Positions 60,107 through 64,000 of a stretch of 64,000 bases of DNA are shown here, one piece after another. Under the pieces are notes generated by a model. That model ran no database searches, was not told where the DNA came from, and was given only the letters and a program-made list of their open reading frames with translations. The stretch's first letter is position 1. The number at the start of each line of letters is the position of its first letter. Source of the DNA: Candidatus Hydrogenedentota bacterium (lineage in GTDB: Bacteria; Hydrogenedentota; Hydrogenedentia; Hydrogenedentales; SLHB01); NCBI GenBank assembly GCA_963745075.1, contig CAVUWV010000014.1, forward strand, positions 96,001-160,000. Direction: 5' to 3'. A program made the position numbers and the translations under genes.

Positions 60107-62425
60107 TTAGTTGAGCGGGAGCGGAGATGTCTCGGTCGCGTTGGCCTCCACGGTTTCCTGGTTCGCTGTCTGGTGGGGAAACTCGTTCATCGTTAATACC
60201 GCGATCAACCAGGCAACCGTTGACTCGGCGCCCTGGTTCAGATTTGCTCCATCGGTATGCAGTCCATCCCTGCACCCGCCCGTATGGTAGTCGTAGAGCT
60301 GCGCGTTGATATCGTTGCTGCCCAAGAACCATTTCAGAAACCGATTCGCCCGTTCCAGCCATCGTTCATCCCGAGAGTACCGATAGGCTTCTGCGCACGC
60401 TTGGACGAGCCCCATGGCATCGATGGGTTGCTGGTCGAACCGGGCGCGCGCGCCGTCGCGGGTCAGCCACCCATTGTTCCCAATCAGACTCGCCGTCCCG
60501 TCATCGCGCAGTTGCATCTTGCAAAGCCACTCCAGGCTGCGCAGTCCAGCCTCGAGCATCCCTTGATGGGGAATCCACTGGCCGCTGAGGATCAGCGCGT
60601 GCGGAATCTTGGCGTTGTCGTAGGTGACGATATCCTCACACCACGGCCACGCATTGTCCGCGTTCCGTTCGAATAGTTCGTAGAGGCGCTCCGACAGCGT
60701 CGCCCGCAACCGCCTCGCGAAGGTATCGCCATCAAATCGGCGTAGATGAGCGTGAATGCCAATGACGGCCGAAGCCCAGGCGCGCGGCGAACTCATGTCC
60801 TCCAGCGCTTCGAGCCCTTGGTTAAACAAGCGCGTCGTGAATGACATAACCGTATCGTCCGGCGCCAAGTCCGTCGAGATTCCCAGCGCCCGAATGGCGC
60901 GCGCGTGACACTCTTCACTGCCCATGCCGTCGAGCCATTGCCTATCGAAACTCATGAAGTTGCGGAAGCGTTTCGTTGCAGAATCGAACGCGTGATACAG
61001 AAACGCCAGATAGGTCTGTGCCAGGGGCAGCACCGAATCGTCCTTGAAAAAATGGTGGTGCAGCATCACGGCAATCAACGCGCGGGCGTTGTCGTCCGTG
61101 CAGTATCCATGGCCGCGATCCGGGATCGCGCAAATCGCGTGCTGCACTATCCCCGTATCGTCGGTTAAGGTTCGCAGGTGATCCAGGACAACGTCGGGAA
61201 CGGCAAGTGTCTCCACTTTCTTGCCAGGATGAATCGCGAACGAACGGGGCTTGTGCCTCCGCTCGGCAAAGATGCCCGTGGCCAACTCGAAATAGCTGCG
61301 CCCCACCTCGCTCCAAACCATGGAACGTCCGAACATATAGGCGCGCTTCCGAATGGCGTTTCGCTCCCGATCGTCCGCCAGTAGTTCGCGAACAACCCCC
61401 GCCAGACGTTTGCCGTCCTTGAATGGAATCAGCTTGCCCCGGCCCGCCGAAAGCATCTCCTCGGCATACCAAAACGGGGTGGATACCACCGCTTTCCCTG
61501 CGCCCATGGCGTACGCCAGGGTTCCCGACGTTATCTGGGCCTTGTTCAGATACGGTGTCAAGTAAAGGTCCGCAGCGCCGATGTAGCCGCACAACTCTTC
61601 CAGGGTGACGAACCGGGTATGAAACACTACGTGGTCGCGAACGCCGACACGTTCGGCGAGACGCTCCAACGAGTCCCGGTACGCGTTCCCTTCCCGTTTG
61701 TATATATGCGGGTGGGTAGCGCCGAGTACGACATACACGACGTTTGGATGCGTTTCAAGAATGGCGGGTAATGCTTCGATGACGTATTCGGCCCCTTTGC
61801 CGGGCGACAACAACCCGAATGTAAGCAGGACCGTGCGGCCGTCGAGGCCGAATTGATCCTTGTAGAACGCCGGATCGACAAAGGGAACATCGGGGATTCC
61901 GTGGGGGATCAGTGCGATCTTCTCTGGAGGAATCTTGTACGTACGTTCAAGGATGGCGACCGCCATCTTGCTCATGACCACGAGGCGATCGCTCAGCCGG
62001 GACAATTCTTGAACGATCTTGGCCTGACCGGTTGATGGTTCCATCAGTACCGTGTGAAGCGTCGTAATAATCGGCATTCGAAGCCGGGACATTAAGTCCA
62101 GGATATAGGCTCCGTCTGCGCCTCCGAAGATGCCATACTCATGCTGGATGATGGCGATATCCACCTGATTGATATTAAGCACATCGGCGGCGATGAGGTA
62201 GTCTCGTTTCTGAAACGCACCGATTTGAAATCGCACTTCTTCGGGGTACGGATACCCTTCAGGCGTATCGTCCATCGCCAACACCAGCGTTTGACATCCG
62301 GCCGAACCCATCGCGAGTGAATCGCGCAGGTCTTTGGTGAACGTGCCTATGCCGCAACGCCGCGGCACGTACGAACCGAGTAAAGCGATCGTTTTGATTT
62401 CGTGCATATGCCTTTTTCCAACCAT
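60107..62425 (-). CDS. GT4 glycosyltransferase fused to an (alpha/alpha)6-like domain
   Basis: YVPRRCGIGTF, QHEYGIFGG, FGLLSPGKG, SGTLAYA; C-terminal GYCTDDNARAL, FDQQP, NQGAEST. Confidence 0.88.
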   Translation of the reverse strand: MVGKRHMHEIKTIALLGSYVPRRCGIGTFTKDLRDSLAMGSAGCQTLVLAMDDTPEGYPYPEEVRFQIGAFQKRDYLIAADVLNINQVDIAIIQHEYGIFGGADGAYILDLMSRLRMPIITTLHTVLMEPSTGQAKIVQELSRLSDRLVVMSKMAVAILERTYKIPPEKIALIPHGIPDVPFVDPAFYKDQFGLDGRTVLLTFGLLSPGKGAEYVIEALPAILETHPNVVYVVLGATHPHIYKREGNAYRDSLERLAERVGVRDHVVFHTRFVTLEELCGYIGAADLYLTPYLNKAQITSGTLAYAMGAGKAVVSTPFWYAEEMLSAGRGKLIPFKDGKRLAGVVRELLADDRERNAIRKRAYMFGRSMVWSEVGRSYFELATGIFAERRHKPRSFAIHPGKKVETLAVPDVVLDHLRTLTDDTGIVQHAICAIPDRGHGYCTDDNARALIAVMLHHHFFKDDSVLPLAQTYLAFLYHAFDSATKRFRNFMSFDRQWLDGMGSEECHARAIRALGISTDLAPDDTVMSFTTRLFNQGLEALEDMSSPRAWASAVIGIHAHLRRFDGDTFARRLRATLSERLYELFERNADNAWPWCEDIVTYDNAKIPHALILSGQWIPHQGMLEAGLRSLEWLCKMQLRDDGTASLIGNNGWLTRDGARARFDQQPIDAMGLVQACAEAYRYSRDERWLERANRFLKWFLGSNDINAQLYDYHTGGCRDGLHTDGANLNQGAESTVAWLIAVLTMNEFPHQTANQETVEANATETSPLPLN

Positions 62426-62535
62426 CTACATTCCCTTCGTCTCTATCGTCGAATCGGTTGACGGGCGGCGCGGTCCGGCTCTGCAAATCGACCCGCGCGC
62501 CTGGCGCCGGGGGTTTATGCGCCCGAGTTCGTCAA

Positions 62536-63417
62536 TCAAAATTCGTCGATGCTTCCTTCAAAAAACATCAAGCTACCCCGGATGGTCCGGTGCTCTCCCG
62601 GTTCCAAGTCGGGGAAATGCGGATCCGCGTGCATACAGGGATGATTCCCGTTCGAGACCATCGACAGCGTGTCGTCAAACCACGTCATCGCAACCAGCCG
62701 CTCGGCCTCGTTTGACGTGGTGATCATGATCGGCAGGTCCGCTTTCCCGTTGTGGGAACGCCACCCTACACCGTAAGGGCCTTGATCGGAAGGGCATTCC
62801 GACGCCTCATCATAAGACAGCCAGCCCTTCCCGGGTACGTGGACATACTTGTTGTCCCGCGTGTAATCCGCGAACTCCTTCGCTGCACGGAGAAAGGCGC
62901 AGGTTTGGAGCGTGATGTTGCGCAACGGCGAATCGCTGCCGTTGCGAATGTGCAATTCGAGATCGGCGGTGGTGTCAGAACCCTTGGTCACCTTCCCGCC
63001 AAAAGCGACGCCATCGGACAACTCCCGCTCGTAACCGATGCCGCCGTCCACCGGTTCCCAAACTACCTTCGGCCAGTTTTCGTATACTGCCGGGGCCGCA
63101 GGATTCACATGACTCAAGAAGATCAACCCGCGATCCGTGAAGATCGCTTCCGGGAAATCCAGCCAGATATAGTCCTGGCTCGGCCACGCCGGACTCACCC
63201 ACGCAATATGTTCCCAGGTGTAATGGGGCCGCCACTGCCCCGGCAGAATACGAATGCCTTTGGCAGTCGTCGCGTAGGTTTCCTCAGCCGCGCGTGCAGT
63301 ACTCCCGTTCAGACCCGCCGCTGCAAGTCCGAGCGTAGCCATACCGGCAGCCCTGCAGAAGAATGAGCGGCGACTGAATGTGTTTTGAAGTAATGGATTC
63401 TGGTCGCGCATGACCAT
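62536..63417 (-). CDS. Tat-exported hypothetical protein
   Basis: SRRSFF Tat motif with ARA cleavage site; WLDFPEAI, HPCMHADP; AAGGAG RBS. Confidence 0.75.
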   Translation of the reverse strand: MVMRDQNPLLQNTFSRRSFFCRAAGMATLGLAAAGLNGSTARAAEETYATTAKGIRILPGQWRPHYTWEHIAWVSPAWPSQDYIWLDFPEAIFTDRGLIFLSHVNPAAPAVYENWPKVVWEPVDGGIGYERELSDGVAFGGKVTKGSDTTADLELHIRNGSDSPLRNITLQTCAFLRAAKEFADYTRDNKYVHVPGKGWLSYDEASECPSDQGPYGVGWRSHNGKADLPIMITTSNEAERLVAMTWFDDTLSMVSNGNHPCMHADPHFPDLEPGEHRTIRGSLMFFEGSIDEF

Positions 63418-63519
63418 GGCTCCTTCAATCTTGCCGGAATTGTTATGATTCTTTTGGACTCCCGATGGCTCCATAGTAGTCGAATCCGCGCACAACCGAA
63501 AACTGGGGCGTGGCTGCCG

Positions 63520-63564
63520 GTCCATCGCGTTCATGTGGTCCACCGTGTCCATACGGTCCATCTC
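63520..63564. repeat. Degenerate 9-bp tandem repeat (5 units)
   Basis: GTCCATCGC GTTCATGTG GTCCACCGT GTCCATACG GTCCATCTC. Confidence 0.55.
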
Positions 63565-63639
63565 CAGTCCCGGAATTGAAAGGCCAACCTACCGATGGTA
63601 CTCTCCGCCGTGCGGTAGCAAAGGCAAAGGCGCAGCGGA

Positions 63640-64000
63640 ATGATGATCCGAGTACGTGCGGCAAATCGCAGAATTCCCTTGGCTGTATTCCTGGTCCTGT
63701 TCATCGCGACTGGGTGCGGTGGTCCCGCATCCAAATCGGGCGAACTGATCTATTGGCGAACCCTCACCGGCGCCGCGGGAGACGCCCAGGACGAACTGGT
63801 TCACCGCTTTAACGAAACCCACCCCGACCATCCGGTACGCGCCGAATTTCAGGGCAGTTACGGCGACCTGGCCACCAAACTCGTCGCCGCCACCGTTGCG
63901 AACGCCGGTCCCCAGGTCACGCAACTCGGAACCTTCGAGATACGCCAGTTCGCTACCTCGGGGGTGTTGCTCGATTTGGGCCCCTTCCTGAACGGTCCCG
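63640..64000 (+). CDS. ABC transporter substrate-binding lipoprotein (UgpB-like), 3' end outside window
   Basis: Manual translation MMIRVR...FIATGC lipobox, ELIYW, LVHRFNETHP, FQGSYGDL. Confidence 0.8.
   Translation, partial: MMIRVRAANRRIPLAVFLVLFIATGCGGPASKSGELIYWRTLTGAAGDAQDELVHRFNETHPDHPVRAEFQGSYGDLATKLVAATVANAGPQVTQLGTFEIRQFATSGVLLDLGPFLNGP

Overview
GC-rich bacterial chromosomal window. An orphan DUF1559/H-X9-DG fragment and the many secreted glycan- and sulfate-processing genes suggest Candidatus Hydrogenedentota or a PVC-like lineage (inference only). Housekeeping and metabolic genes include a PrsA/SurA-type PPIase, secA, a class I/II aminotransferase and a polyprenyl synthase. A hopanoid locus (ispH-shc-hpnH) is separated from an hpnG-like phosphorylase by about 14.5 kb of accessory DNA. 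That interval begins with a toxin-antitoxin-rich segment bracketed by a diverged direct repeat of the hpnH 3' end. It also holds an Rrf2-headed tetraheme cytochrome/NrfC/NrfD/DUF2339 operon with no catalytic subunit, a three-domain GH29 fusion and vapBC. Other signals: an M1 peptidase homologue lacking its metal ligands, a small protein with a histone H1-like tail, a near-consensus sigma54 promoter with palindromic sites upstream of an unannotated small ORF, several REP/MITE-like palindrome families (one possibly translated in-frame) and several decayed gene remnants. Three genes are split by +1 homopolymer frameshifts that are probably assembly errors. I saw no rRNA, tRNA, CRISPR array, integrase or transposase. 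All assignments come from motif reading; no database searches were run.
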